A stretch of DNA of 64,000 nt. Source: a virus. The notes beneath the pieces are model-generated. The model was given only the letters and a program-made list of their open reading frames with translations, was not told the origin of the DNA and did no database searches. Shown one piece after another: positions 50,481-60,683 of this stretch. The stretch covers positions 1 through 64,000 of IMG/VR virus record IMGVR_UViG_3300033149_004284. The stretch is one strand, 5' to 3'. Position numbers and translations under genes: made by a program. Position 1 is the first letter of the stretch, and the number at the start of each line of letters is the position of its first letter.

Positions 50481-51911
50481 ATGCCGATTTTAGGGCGAAT
50501 TGCAAAGAGACGACTGGTTGAGGCAGCGGTTCCTGTTGACGATACGGCTTCCGATACCTCTCGATGGCGCCGATTGACCGAGAAGGCCCCCAGGAACCTT
50601 TCTGACTACGACCACAAGCGAATGTTAGATATCGCCTTGTATCTCTATCGCTTCAATCCATTAGCCCATCGAGGCGTTGAGATCATGCGAGATTTCGTAG
50701 TGGGCAGTGGCATTCGTATTGAGGCCAAGGACAAATCCATCCAGTCAGTCATAGATAGGTTCTGGAACAATCCCGTTCATAAGATGGATCGCCTGCTGGC
50801 CAGGATAGCCTTCGAGCTCAGTCTCTATGGGGAATTCATATCTCCCGCACTGGTAAACAGGCATAACGGGGATGTCGAGCTGAGTTATATTTCCCCCCTC
50901 CAGGTCAAGGATGTCACTCTCAATCGAGGAAACCTTCTCCTGTTTGATTCAGTCGAGATCATGCCCACTGACATCTCTACCGAATCATCGAAGCTCAAGG
51001 TCATCAACCTAGAGACAGATGTTGAGGCCCACCTCGATCCTGAGGACCCAAACTCGCCCTCCACCTATGGCTATCGAACTGGAGACTGTTTCTACTTCTC
51101 GGTGAACCGAGTAGGGGATGCCAGCCGTGGCCTGAGCGATCTCCTGGCTGTTGCCGATTTCGTAGACAGCCTCGACCAACTTATCTTCAATTCATTGGAA
51201 CGCATGACCCACGAGACAGGCTGGCTCTGGGATATCGAGATGCAGGGGGCCTCAAATGAGCAATGCCAGCAGAAAGTCGCGGAGTTAGAGGCCGCTCCTC
51301 CCCGACCGGGCTCCTTCCTAGTCCACAACGAATGGGTCAAGTGGAACCCCATGAAGATCGGTCTGGAAGCCGAGAACGTCACTGACGAGTCTCTTCTCAT
51401 TCGGAACTATGCCCTGGGTGGCATGGGAGTTCCCGTTCACTTCTTCAGTGAACCGCAAGGAGCAGGTCGTGCTGTCGCTGAGTCCATGGCTGCTCCAGCC
51501 TATCAATCTCTGGAGTCTCGCCAGTCTGAAGTTGAGGGCTTTGTTCGGGAGATTCTGGACTTCGTCATAGACCAGAAACTCGTTCGGAAGATGCTAGACA
51601 GCAACTTGGATCGAAGCTATGATGTGATCATGCCAAAGATTTCCCTCCGCAATCTCCAGCGTACAGGAGGGGCCATGAACAGGACGGCGCAGGCTCTCAA
51701 GACCGCCCAAGACGAAGGTTGGATCGATAGCGAGCAAGGAAAGAAAGTCTTTGTGGCCATGCTGGAGCAACTTGGGCTGGGTGTAGACCTCACTCCTAGC
51801 CAAGAGTTGCCAGGTGTCGCTTCTAGCCAAAGGCTACCGTCTGATGTAGGTTTTAGCCAGGCAGATGTAGGTGTCGCTTCTAGCCAGGAACTGCCCAAGG
51901 AGCTGCGCTGA
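50481..51911 (+). CDS. Portal protein
   Basis: LYRFNPLAHR.VEI..DFVVG.G, ELSLYGE, RGLSDL, G.GVP.HF; position after terL. Confidence 0.85.
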   Translation: MPILGRIAKRRLVEAAVPVDDTASDTSRWRRLTEKAPRNLSDYDHKRMLDIALYLYRFNPLAHRGVEIMRDFVVGSGIRIEAKDKSIQSVIDRFWNNPVHKMDRLLARIAFELSLYGEFISPALVNRHNGDVELSYISPLQVKDVTLNRGNLLLFDSVEIMPTDISTESSKLKVINLETDVEAHLDPEDPNSPSTYGYRTGDCFYFSVNRVGDASRGLSDLLAVADFVDSLDQLIFNSLERMTHETGWLWDIEMQGASNEQCQQKVAELEAAPPRPGSFLVHNEWVKWNPMKIGLEAENVTDESLLIRNYALGGMGVPVHFFSEPQGAGRAVAESMAAPAYQSLESRQSEVEGFVREILDFVIDQKLVRKMLDSNLDRSYDVIMPKISLRNLQRTGGAMNRTAQALKTAQDEGWIDSEQGKKVFVAMLEQLGLGVDLTPSQELPGVASSQRLPSDVGFSQADVGVASSQELPKELR

Positions 51912-53389
51912 TGCAAATTGGTCTTTTGCTTAGCTCCAAACACCATGCTGAGATGTTAGCATCTGGTAACAAGACCATGCTCATCAGAGCGAGGCGTTTC
52001 TACCGCTATGTCCGCATACCAGTCTACCTGCTGGCTGATCAGAAGTGTTATGCCAAGATGGTTCTTGGGTCTCCCCAAAAAATAGACCTGAGTGGGTTTA
52101 GAGCATTGCGGAGTCAACACAGAGTAACTGAAAAGGAAAGGGAGCAACAGTGGCCTGACGAACTAGACTTCTACAGCTATAAAGTCCAGGTTCTCGAAAC
52201 TTACGATCCGCCTAAGAAGGTTAAGTTCCCTCCCACCTCTCAGGCTTGGGTACGCCATTGGGAATGGTTAGACCGCCCTCCCAAGGAGCTCCATCTTGAG
52301 AAGGTGGCTGACCTAGAACACTATCATCCGTCCAAGATTCCTGACACAGCACGCGGCAGTGCTATCCTCAGGGACGACGCTCGGCTACTCTTGGCCTACT
52401 GGTCGTCAAAACGGTCAGGCAAGGATGTCAAATATACCTACGACCTCTTGGAGCAGAAGTACACAGCCATCCTCCGTGAACTCGTTCGCAGGAGAGCAGC
52501 TCAGTTCAGTCCTCAGAACTATAAGCCTCATGCTAGAGATCTATTTGACAGAGCTGCGCGAACCCTCCAGTTGGAAGGTATTACTGTCCCACTCAGAAAG
52601 AGCTCGCATCTGAAAGGACTCACAGCCCTCCAGAATATGACGGATAAGGAACTCCTGGCTCACCATGACCACTTGCATCAAATGTATGCTGAGGGCAAAG
52701 TGACTAAGGAGAGCATCGTCAATGCTCATATCTTTGCAGTCCAGGCAATGAGACATAGGGGCCTATCTCACAAGATCGAGGATGACCTTGACAGGGAGCT
52801 CCAGGGATCTGCTGCATCACGCCTCGTCCCCTTCGTCATCATAGACTCAATGGTTTGTCAAACTGGCTCTTCTGTCTACGACATCAGGCCCCCTCACGAC
52901 TGCGACTTAGTGATACGCAGCGATGAGGAAGACTCCAAGATGACCGCAGCTATCCTTAAGGCCGTTAACCTCCCTCCATCAACCATCCACCGTATTTATG
53001 AACCCAGAGGCCCCTCCTTTGACTATGTGGCCCTCCTGGATTATGTAGCAGTGCCAGTAGCCTGGAAAGGTACCTGGACGAAGAAGAGCATCCGCCCCGA
53101 GGACATCCCCGAACACTCTTGGGCTATCTATCGGCAGTTGCCTCCTGCCGTCTTAGTCCACGACCCCTTCGTCACTCAAAGCAACAATACTTTCTACGTC
53201 CGAGATGCTCGCCGCAACACTGGCATTGAGATCAAGCTCACCAGGCTGTTAGCGGCTAACCTCTCCTTCCGATGGCGCGGGGAGGACGAAGCCATGGCAG
53301 GAACGCCGCTCTTTAAGTCTTTCCTGATTCCACATATACCTCTGAGGAGGGCCAAAGTCGATGAGCCTTTCTTCCGAAGATACTACTGA
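51911..53389 (+). CDS. Multidomain head-module protein: ASCH-like N-terminus plus Pol-beta-type nucleotidyltransferase-like motif
   Basis: HAEMLASGNKTMLIR; QTGSSVY....HDCDLVIR (GS..DxD). Confidence 0.55.
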   Translation: MQIGLLLSSKHHAEMLASGNKTMLIRARRFYRYVRIPVYLLADQKCYAKMVLGSPQKIDLSGFRALRSQHRVTEKEREQQWPDELDFYSYKVQVLETYDPPKKVKFPPTSQAWVRHWEWLDRPPKELHLEKVADLEHYHPSKIPDTARGSAILRDDARLLLAYWSSKRSGKDVKYTYDLLEQKYTAILRELVRRRAAQFSPQNYKPHARDLFDRAARTLQLEGITVPLRKSSHLKGLTALQNMTDKELLAHHDHLHQMYAEGKVTKESIVNAHIFAVQAMRHRGLSHKIEDDLDRELQGSAASRLVPFVIIDSMVCQTGSSVYDIRPPHDCDLVIRSDEEDSKMTAAILKAVNLPPSTIHRIYEPRGPSFDYVALLDYVAVPVAWKGTWTKKSIRPEDIPEHSWAIYRQLPPAVLVHDPFVTQSNNTFYVRDARRNTGIEIKLTRLLAANLSFRWRGEDEAMAGTPLFKSFLIPHIPLRRAKVDEPFFRRYY

Positions 53390-54473
53390 GATTCGTGGTC
53401 TCCTGTATCGAGATAGGCAGACTAAGGTGGCATTAAGGTTTCTCAAAAGGATAAATGTATCCCTAGAAGCCATTAGGCGAAACCTCGCAAGAGCAGAGGA
53501 GGCCCTTGCGGATGAGCCTCTATCTAGCAATGTGAGACTTCTAGCCGGCAAGTTTCTGCTAGCGGAGGAAGACATCCCTCTGGAGGATTTGGGTATTCTG
53601 ACAAAGACTCCAAATCTAGCCAGCATCATCATTCTGAACTACAATACTCTCAAGATCACCTCTGACTGTATCAAAAGCGTTCTAGCCTTGACTGAATACC
53701 CTGCGGAGATGATAGTAGTTGATAACGGCAGCACGGATGGCAGTGTGGCCTGGCTCAAGAAACAGAATTACCTAACTTTGATATCTAACAAGAATAACCG
53801 TGGCTGGACTGCCGCAAACAATCAGGGCATCAGAGTCTCCAAAGGGGCCTACTGCCTGTTACTTAACAGCGATACCATTGTGAGGACAAGGGGCTGGCTC
53901 AAAGCCATGATTCGCCTCGCTCAGCCCCCTGACGTGGCGACGGTCGGGGCCAAGCTTCTTTACCAAGATGGTACCATTCAGCATATAGGGGGCAGCATCC
54001 ACGACGTCAATCCCTTCCATCCCTTTGACGGAGCGCCTGCCGACATTCCCGAATCACTTAAAGTCAGAGAAGTCCCTTTCAACACGGGGGCCTGTCTCCT
54101 TATCAAGAAATCCGTCATCGAGCGGGTGGGCTTACTTGACGAGAAATATGTGTTCGGTTATGGTGATGTGGACTATGGCTTGAGGTGTCTTGAGGCAGGA
54201 TTTAGGAATCTCTACTGTCCATCGTCTATCCTAACTCATCTCTGGGCTTACACTCAGCGAAAAACAGGCAAGTGGATTCCATCTGAGAGCTTTGCCAGGT
54301 ACAAACAGAAGTGGACTGACAAGACGCCCGCTCTCTCTAAAAAGGTTGACATGGATTTCAGGTGGCCTGATTCTGCACAGTATATCAGAAGGACTGGTCC
54401 GGGCAGTCATATAGCAACTATTCGCAAGAAGGAGAGCGCTATGACCTGGGGGGCATTAAATGAAAACCAATGA
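53361..54473 (+). CDS. Glycosyltransferase family 2
   Basis: SIIILNYN, VVDNGSTDGS, LLNSD, TGACLLI..GLLDE..DVDY. Confidence 0.9.
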   Translation: MSLSSEDTTEIRGLLYRDRQTKVALRFLKRINVSLEAIRRNLARAEEALADEPLSSNVRLLAGKFLLAEEDIPLEDLGILTKTPNLASIIILNYNTLKITSDCIKSVLALTEYPAEMIVVDNGSTDGSVAWLKKQNYLTLISNKNNRGWTAANNQGIRVSKGAYCLLLNSDTIVRTRGWLKAMIRLAQPPDVATVGAKLLYQDGTIQHIGGSIHDVNPFHPFDGAPADIPESLKVREVPFNTGACLLIKKSVIERVGLLDEKYVFGYGDVDYGLRCLEAGFRNLYCPSSILTHLWAYTQRKTGKWIPSESFARYKQKWTDKTPALSKKVDMDFRWPDSAQYIRRTGPGSHIATIRKKESAMTWGALNENQ

Positions 54474-55311
54474 GTTTGAGCCTAAAGTCTTTGTCAAGAA
54501 CGCAAAGGAATCTGGGCAGCAGGTATCTCTAACCATGGTCACCTTTAATCGGTGGAATCTCACTCAGCAGAGTCTCTCTTCCATTTTCGAGCACACTCAT
54601 CTGCCATACATTCTGACTGTTGTCGATAACGGGAGCTGGGACGAGACGAGGGAAAACCTACAGGAACTCAGGCGGTCTGGTAAGATTAACAGATTGATTC
54701 TTCTCCCCGAGAACCGAGGCATTGACATGGGGAAGAACTTCGGCCTGCGAGCTACCCAGGGCCAGGCTAGCTGGTACTGCTGTATCGACAACGATATCAG
54801 AGTCAGTCCCTACTGGCTCAGCTACCTCTGCTATACATCTACTCTCCCTCGCCTTGGCATAATCGGCTGCAATGTTCAGGGATTTGGCACTCCTGGAGGC
54901 CCGAGCTGGTTTACACCCACGCACTGGAAAACTGTGAAAGGAGTTGTCCTAGACAACTGCCCTAATCCAGGTGGAATCTATGTCATCAGTGCAACTACAT
55001 TCGAGAAGCTAGGCTTCTTCGTTGAGAGGGGCCTCTACGGTCTAGGGGACAGCCAATACTACTCACGGGAGTTTCAACATGGCCTCAGAAGCGTCTATGT
55101 GAGAAATGTCGATTGCAGAGAGATACCTGATGAGGACTTTGTGATGGCAGACGGTACGTCGTATAGGACTTTCAAGGCGACTTCTCACAACTCTATGCGT
55201 CAGAAGGTCAGAGAAATGGCATCTCAAGGCATTGATATCCACCCAAAGCATTACGAGACTAGAGTAACGGCCCAAGAAGTTGAGAAGTATACCTGGACGC
55301 CAGAATCATGA
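54460..55311 (+). CDS. Glycosyltransferase family 2
   Basis: MVTFNR, VVDNGSWDET, ENRGI..KN.G, IDND. Confidence 0.85.
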   Translation: MKTNEFEPKVFVKNAKESGQQVSLTMVTFNRWNLTQQSLSSIFEHTHLPYILTVVDNGSWDETRENLQELRRSGKINRLILLPENRGIDMGKNFGLRATQGQASWYCCIDNDIRVSPYWLSYLCYTSTLPRLGIIGCNVQGFGTPGGPSWFTPTHWKTVKGVVLDNCPNPGGIYVISATTFEKLGFFVERGLYGLGDSQYYSREFQHGLRSVYVRNVDCREIPDEDFVMADGTSYRTFKATSHNSMRQKVREMASQGIDIHPKHYETRVTAQEVEKYTWTPES

Positions 55312-55337
55312 CCTTAGATACTTAGGGGTCCCCAACT

Positions 55338-55814
55338 ATGATTTTAGATGCAGGATCAGGCATGGCATCGAACCCAAGAGCCAACATACTCATGGACAAA
55401 TATCTTCAAGGAGACAGTACCTCTCGTATAACGGGCACTCTTATGATTCGCAAAGGACAGACTATGATTTGTGGTGACCTTGAGGCCATGCCATTTCTGG
55501 ATAAGTCCTTCGACATTGTTATTTGCTCTCAGACGCTCGAACATGTTGATAATCCTGAGAAAGCCTGTGCTGAGTTGGTGCGGGTAGGAAGGAGTGGTTT
55601 CATAACTGCGCCAAACGAGACAGTAGAAAGGCGTCGATATGAGCGTCGCGAGAAGCTCTATCACAAGTGGCTTATCAAGCAACGGGGCACTCACCTCGAC
55701 TTCTATCTCAGAAGTCTCGTTCCAAGCCTCCCGATGATGGAGCATCCTAGCCAGGGCGTGGATATGGCTTGGAAAGGGAGCTTCACTTGGTCAGTGTTCA
55801 GAGAATCGCCATGA
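55338..55814 (+). CDS. Class I SAM methyltransferase (type 11)
   Basis: ILDAGSG, MPFLDKSFD, LEHV. Confidence 0.85.
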   Translation: MILDAGSGMASNPRANILMDKYLQGDSTSRITGTLMIRKGQTMICGDLEAMPFLDKSFDIVICSQTLEHVDNPEKACAELVRVGRSGFITAPNETVERRRYERREKLYHKWLIKQRGTHLDFYLRSLVPSLPMMEHPSQGVDMAWKGSFTWSVFRESP

Positions 55815-56803
55815 CAAGACTCCCCAGAGTCCTATTCGTTAGCATAGCTCCGTCTCTCCACACGGAGTTCTGGGCTGCTGGCTTTATGAAGGCCCTTCGC
55901 AAAGTTGCCGTTCCACTGGCTTTCCCTTTCAGGAAAATGGCTCATGACCACGGGGCAGCCTACATGAACGAGACGCTAGTGGAAACTGCTCTGGAGTTTC
56001 GTCCTGACCTGATCTTTATTAGGAAGGGGGAAAGCATTCTCGGCTCTAGCATTAAGACGCTCAGGGATTCCCTGCCTGCTTATATCATCTACTATTGTGG
56101 GGACTTCCGTCTCAATCCAGTCTCCTTCATCGTCGATATTGGACGATACGCAGATTGTACCATTTTCAACAACGAGGACGAGAAGGTTGCTGATAGATAT
56201 CAGGTTGCGGGTGTGAGACATGTGGGTCCTTGGTGGGACGGTGGAATTGACCCAGAAGTCTTTTGCCCGCAAGACGTACCCAGAGCCTGGGACCTAGCCT
56301 TCATGGGCACTAACGTCCCCTTGCCTCACAGGGGCTATCAGGTACGTCGCCAACTACTGGAGGCTATCGTCGAGAGTAACTACTCTCTTCACATCTTCGG
56401 TGGGGCTGAAGGCTGGAAGTACCTCCACACGAATACCCACCCGTTCGTTTATGGCCCTGCTTTCGCTAAGGCCTGTTCTCAATCGCGTATCACTCTGGGC
56501 GTCAATGGAGTGAACGACATGTATCTGTATGCTTCCTGGCAACGTACTTTCAAGTCAATGGCCAGTGGAGCGTTTCACCTTACTCACTATGTCCCTGGAC
56601 TGGAGACGTTCTTTGAGAACCGCAAGCATCTGGTCTGGTTCATCTCCATACCTGAGGCGATGAGTCTCATTGCTTACTATCTCACTCACGACGAGGAACG
56701 TGAAGAAATAGCCATGGCAGGCCGACAGGAGGTTCTTGCTCACTTCACTTGGGACGATGCTGTCGCAAGGCTTATGAGGATTTGGCAAAGTGACTGCTGT
56801 TGA
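55811..56803 (+). CDS. GT-B glycosyltransferase (CgeB-like)
   Basis: FRPDLIF, DLAFMGT, RTFKSMASG, YYL.H.EER..IA.AG..HFTW. Confidence 0.85.
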   Translation: MTRLPRVLFVSIAPSLHTEFWAAGFMKALRKVAVPLAFPFRKMAHDHGAAYMNETLVETALEFRPDLIFIRKGESILGSSIKTLRDSLPAYIIYYCGDFRLNPVSFIVDIGRYADCTIFNNEDEKVADRYQVAGVRHVGPWWDGGIDPEVFCPQDVPRAWDLAFMGTNVPLPHRGYQVRRQLLEAIVESNYSLHIFGGAEGWKYLHTNTHPFVYGPAFAKACSQSRITLGVNGVNDMYLYASWQRTFKSMASGAFHLTHYVPGLETFFENRKHLVWFISIPEAMSLIAYYLTHDEEREEIAMAGRQEVLAHFTWDDAVARLMRIWQSDCC

Positions 56804-57473
56804 ACAATACCGTAGGGACTTCGCCACGTACATGAGCCTTCCTGGAGCTGAGAGGTGTAGACTCCAAATGTATCCTCGTCTTGAGGATAAGACCGCATCA
56901 ACTCCCCTGGATGCCTATTACTTTCGACAAGATACCTGGGCGTTCAAGCGGATAGTAGACCTCAAGCCTAGCAGCATAGTAGATGTAGGATCGACTGCGC
57001 TCCTCGTGGGAATTCTTGCCCAGATGTTTCCTACAACGAGTATCGATATAAGGCCCATTCCAGTATCTCTTCCTGGATTAACATGTAGGCAAGGCTCGAT
57101 CACTAATCTCCCCTTCAAAGACGCCTCAGTTGAGCTCCTGAGCAGCCTATGTGTGATAGAGCATATAGGTCTAGGTCGATACGGCGACAAGCTCGATCCG
57201 CTCGGTAGCATCAAAGCCTGCAAGGAGATCTCGAGGGTGCTCAAGCCTGGTGGACATTTCATAATGAGCACTCAAGTGAGTCATACCCCTGCCCTCTGCT
57301 TCAATGCGCACCGAATCTTCACGCAGGCCCAAGTTCTGGATATGTTGCCAGCCTTCTCGGTAACGGATGAGGCGTTCTTCTTCCCTCGGCCTGGCAATGC
57401 AGAAGACATAGAGGCACTCACGGGTTTCAGGTTCTGCTTCTGGTGCGTAGACTTGGTTAAGGAGTCAGCATGA
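56790..57473 (+). CDS. DUF268-like methyltransferase
   Basis: YFRQDTWA, VDVGS, IEHIGLGRYGD.LDP, FNAHRIF. Confidence 0.85.
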   Translation: MTAVEQYRRDFATYMSLPGAERCRLQMYPRLEDKTASTPLDAYYFRQDTWAFKRIVDLKPSSIVDVGSTALLVGILAQMFPTTSIDIRPIPVSLPGLTCRQGSITNLPFKDASVELLSSLCVIEHIGLGRYGDKLDPLGSIKACKEISRVLKPGGHFIMSTQVSHTPALCFNAHRIFTQAQVLDMLPAFSVTDEAFFFPRPGNAEDIEALTGFRFCFWCVDLVKESA

Positions 57474-58273
57474 CGCTCTCGGTTGTAACTCCTAGCTACA
57501 TTAACAACCAGCAACGAGCTGATTGGGCCAGAGACTCTCTGGCTTCCCTCAGGGAAACTATCGGCGACGGCTACTTACATGTTGTGGTGCTTGACAAATC
57601 CCTTGAATGGAATATTATTGCTCAGGCAATCTATAACCAGCCTAATGTAATGCTCATGCAGCGTCCCAAGCCTCTTGGCAATACTTCAGCTTTGCTAAAG
57701 GCCGTGAAGGAATCTCGCAAGTTGGGAGCAGATCTCTGTTTTGTCCATATGGACGATAACATCTATGTCCCCGAATTCGGACCTCTTCTCAGATATGCCC
57801 AGGACGCTTTCAGCAACGATAGGGAGTTGCAAGAAGTGCTCTTTGTTGGCTACCCGATCCTTATAAAGAGGCATAGCAAACCACTTCTTGGCAATCGCAC
57901 AGGCCTAACTATCGAGGAGAATCAAGTCTCTTTCGATACCATACAGTTGCACCCTACTCGCTGTACGGATTATACTCTCTGGTGGTCTTATTTTCATGAC
58001 CGAATGGTGGACGGGCGATTTTGGGCAGTTGTCATGTGGATGGCTCTCTACCGAGCTGAGTTCTTGGAGAGTGTCCTTACACTTGCCCCTACGGGCCGGA
58101 CGCTTGGTCAGGTTGAATCTTACTACAGAAACAGAAGCAACTGGGAGAGACTATCCCATCGCTTTCCAGGAAAGCTCGGTTACATAAACATGCAGTTCGG
58201 CGGTTTGGAGATGCACCATCATAGTCAGGAATGGTGTGAGATGATCCGTTTTCCTAATACGCCTGTGAGGTGA
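57470..58273 (+). CDS. Divergent GT-A fold protein
   Basis: SVVTPSY, VVLD, HMDD. Confidence 0.5.
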   Translation: MTLSVVTPSYINNQQRADWARDSLASLRETIGDGYLHVVVLDKSLEWNIIAQAIYNQPNVMLMQRPKPLGNTSALLKAVKESRKLGADLCFVHMDDNIYVPEFGPLLRYAQDAFSNDRELQEVLFVGYPILIKRHSKPLLGNRTGLTIEENQVSFDTIQLHPTRCTDYTLWWSYFHDRMVDGRFWAVVMWMALYRAEFLESVLTLAPTGRTLGQVESYYRNRSNWERLSHRFPGKLGYINMQFGGLEMHHHSQEWCEMIRFPNTPVR

Positions 58274-58309
58274 GACATATAGGAGAAGACTTACCTGTGA
58301 GGTGAAGGA

Positions 58310-58948
58310 ATGACTTACAGAGAGAATCCAGAACTAGGTCAGGACATGGTTAAGTTTGCCTTTCATCGTTGGCAGCAAGGAGAATATCTCTTAGAGCCTC
58401 CTCAGCGTCAAATCTACGAGAATATTGCGGTCAGAGCGAAAGGCAAGACGGTCTGTGATATAGGCTCTGGAGCGGGACTGGGAACTACTATCCTAGCACA
58501 AAGGGCTCAGTCAGTTATTGGCATCGAGAAGGTTGCGTCTTCCGTCAGGTTCTCTAGGAAATGTCATCCCCTAACAAATGTGCAGTTTCTGAATGAGGAT
58601 ATAGGGAAGTGCTCTCTTTCTGACAACAGTTTCGATGTAGTGGTGGCGGTTGAGGTGATAGAGCATATCGCAAACTACCAGGCAGCACTGGATCAGATGG
58701 CTCGAATTCTGAAAGAGTCTGGAACCCTATACATCTCGTCTCCTAACAGGAATCAAGATATTAGAGGAGGAGCGTCAGGCGCAGGCCCGCCAAGGAACAA
58801 GTATCATGTTCGAGAGTGGACAGCCGAGGAGTTTCGGCATATTCTTCTCTCGCGCTTCAGTCAGGTTAGGCTTTCTGACTATACCCTTGACCCTTGCCTA
58901 GACTCCTGTACGCGAGTCTCGCCAGTTATCGCGATCTGTCGAATATGA
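58310..58948 (+). CDS. Class I SAM methyltransferase
   Basis: VCDIGSGAGLG, FDVVVAVEVIEH, SSPN..N.YHVRE. Confidence 0.9.
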   Translation: MTYRENPELGQDMVKFAFHRWQQGEYLLEPPQRQIYENIAVRAKGKTVCDIGSGAGLGTTILAQRAQSVIGIEKVASSVRFSRKCHPLTNVQFLNEDIGKCSLSDNSFDVVVAVEVIEHIANYQAALDQMARILKESGTLYISSPNRNQDIRGGASGAGPPRNKYHVREWTAEEFRHILLSRFSQVRLSDYTLDPCLDSCTRVSPVIAICRI

Positions 58949-59613
58949 GAACTCTGTGGATCGTTATTCCAGCAAAAGATGAGGCTGCTACTATTGCAGA
59001 CCTAGTTGCCGAAGCCGCCCACTACGGAACGGTGTTAGTAGTTACCAGTGGGCCTTCAGACGATACTGGCCCAAGAGCTGCCAGCGCGGGAGCCCAGGTA
59101 ATCTACAACGGCCAGAGCATTGCAGGAAAGATAGTCACTGGCTGGCAGAGAGCCCTCGACAACAATGCGACACGAGTCATAGTCATGGATGCAGGCGGAT
59201 CGCATAGGCCATCAGATATCCCCCGTCTCCTGGCAGCAGAGGCTGACATCGTAATAGGCAGTCGGTTTGTGGCTGGAGGCCAATATCATGGCAGATCGTG
59301 GCGCAGGGTATGCAGTCAAGTCATGGCTCTGCTCTGCAACCTAGCCCAACCAGGTAAACAGGTCCATGACTGGTCTAGCGGCTTCAGGTGTTATTCGGTA
59401 GAAGCAATTGGGCAGCTACTAGCCGTCCATTATAAATCTGATATGCACGCTTGGCAAATCGAGGTGCTAGGCTGGGCTAGGCGCTTGCACCTTTCAGTTG
59501 AGGAAGTCCCTATACAGTATACTGCTGGGCACTCGTCTCTCTCCTGGGATGGGGCTCTCAGGGCTCTCAATATATTGTTAGACATCTTGCTCCGCAGGTG
59601 GGTAGTCGGATGA
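58945..59613 (+). CDS. Glycosyltransferase family 2 (DPM1-like, DxD degenerate)
   Basis: IVIPAKDE, VMDAGGSH, DIVIGSRF, D.SSGFR, EVPI. Confidence 0.8.
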   Translation: MRTLWIVIPAKDEAATIADLVAEAAHYGTVLVVTSGPSDDTGPRAASAGAQVIYNGQSIAGKIVTGWQRALDNNATRVIVMDAGGSHRPSDIPRLLAAEADIVIGSRFVAGGQYHGRSWRRVCSQVMALLCNLAQPGKQVHDWSSGFRCYSVEAIGQLLAVHYKSDMHAWQIEVLGWARRLHLSVEEVPIQYTAGHSSLSWDGALRALNILLDILLRRWVVG

Positions 59614-60683
59614 TATTCTACCTTGATACATACATTACTGACGAGCCTCTCCATCCTGCGTTTGTTTGGCCAAACAGGGAGATCAGGAACTCCTGTCCCC
59701 AGTATAAGATGCCACGGAGAATAGATATCACAAAGTACACGCTTGCGAGTTATAAGATGATTCCGTGGACACATGTTGTCATCGCATACGATGTTGCTGA
59801 TAAGGATGATGAAAGCACGTTCCTGGACTTTGTGCAAGAAGTTTTCCCAGACGCAGATGTTAGTCGGCCTCGCTCCTCTAACCAGAAGACGTACAGGGCA
59901 AGAGTGGAGCAAGTTTGCAGTTTTGAGGATGACTTCATCTTTTATGCACCTAACAACGATCATCCCCTCATAGCAAGCAATCTCAATCACCTGCCCAAGT
60001 TACTCAAAAAGGCTTCAAGGTTCTCACAAAACTACCCATTTGTCTCCGTTGTCTACTCGCACTTCAGTGAGTTCGTCAACGCGCCTGTCGTTGGGAGTCC
60101 TTTCTACAGACAGTTCTCTAGCGACTCACGCATAGTAGAAGACGACGAGATTGCTACGAGCTTTGTGAGATTCAATGGCGACAACTCTTCTATCCAGATC
60201 GTCAATAGGAATCTCCTGCAACACTGGTTTTGCTCACATGATCTCGGTGATGCCAGAATCATCAGAGCAGAAGATGTTCGCAGGTTTCTTCCAACTCCTA
60301 ACCAGTTGATGATAGTGCCCAAGAAGGAGCTCTGTGCGCACTTTGACGGCTACTCGCATACAACTGGTATCACTAAGATCAGTCCTGACCAGATTCCTCC
60401 TCTATTCATTCCAACAGGGTTCTTCGACAGCTCGATTCGGATCGCCTACGGATATCCAGAATACCGAGATGGCTGGGTAAACATAAACCCTTCTGCGAGG
60501 GATTTCAGTTTCCGCGACCGAAAGACGGGCACAGATCTGAAAATTGGTCTTCAGGACATACCTCTTTTCTGGAAGAGCAGAATCGCAGAAATAGACATCA
60601 ATGTGAATGCCGACCTCGAGCGAATTAAGGAGGGCAGAGAGAAATACTTTGAGACAGTTCGTAACCCCTGGAGGAAAGCCTAG
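59610..60683 (+). CDS. Hypothetical, possible divergent glycosyltransferase
   Basis: Coupled inside the cluster; IFYAPNNDH and HFDGY motifs; no TM. Confidence 0.45.
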   Translation: MIFYLDTYITDEPLHPAFVWPNREIRNSCPQYKMPRRIDITKYTLASYKMIPWTHVVIAYDVADKDDESTFLDFVQEVFPDADVSRPRSSNQKTYRARVEQVCSFEDDFIFYAPNNDHPLIASNLNHLPKLLKKASRFSQNYPFVSVVYSHFSEFVNAPVVGSPFYRQFSSDSRIVEDDEIATSFVRFNGDNSSIQIVNRNLLQHWFCSHDLGDARIIRAEDVRRFLPTPNQLMIVPKKELCAHFDGYSHTTGITKISPDQIPPLFIPTGFFDSSIRIAYGYPEYRDGWVNINPSARDFSFRDRKTGTDLKIGLQDIPLFWKSRIAEIDINVNADLERIKEGREKYFETVRNPWRKA

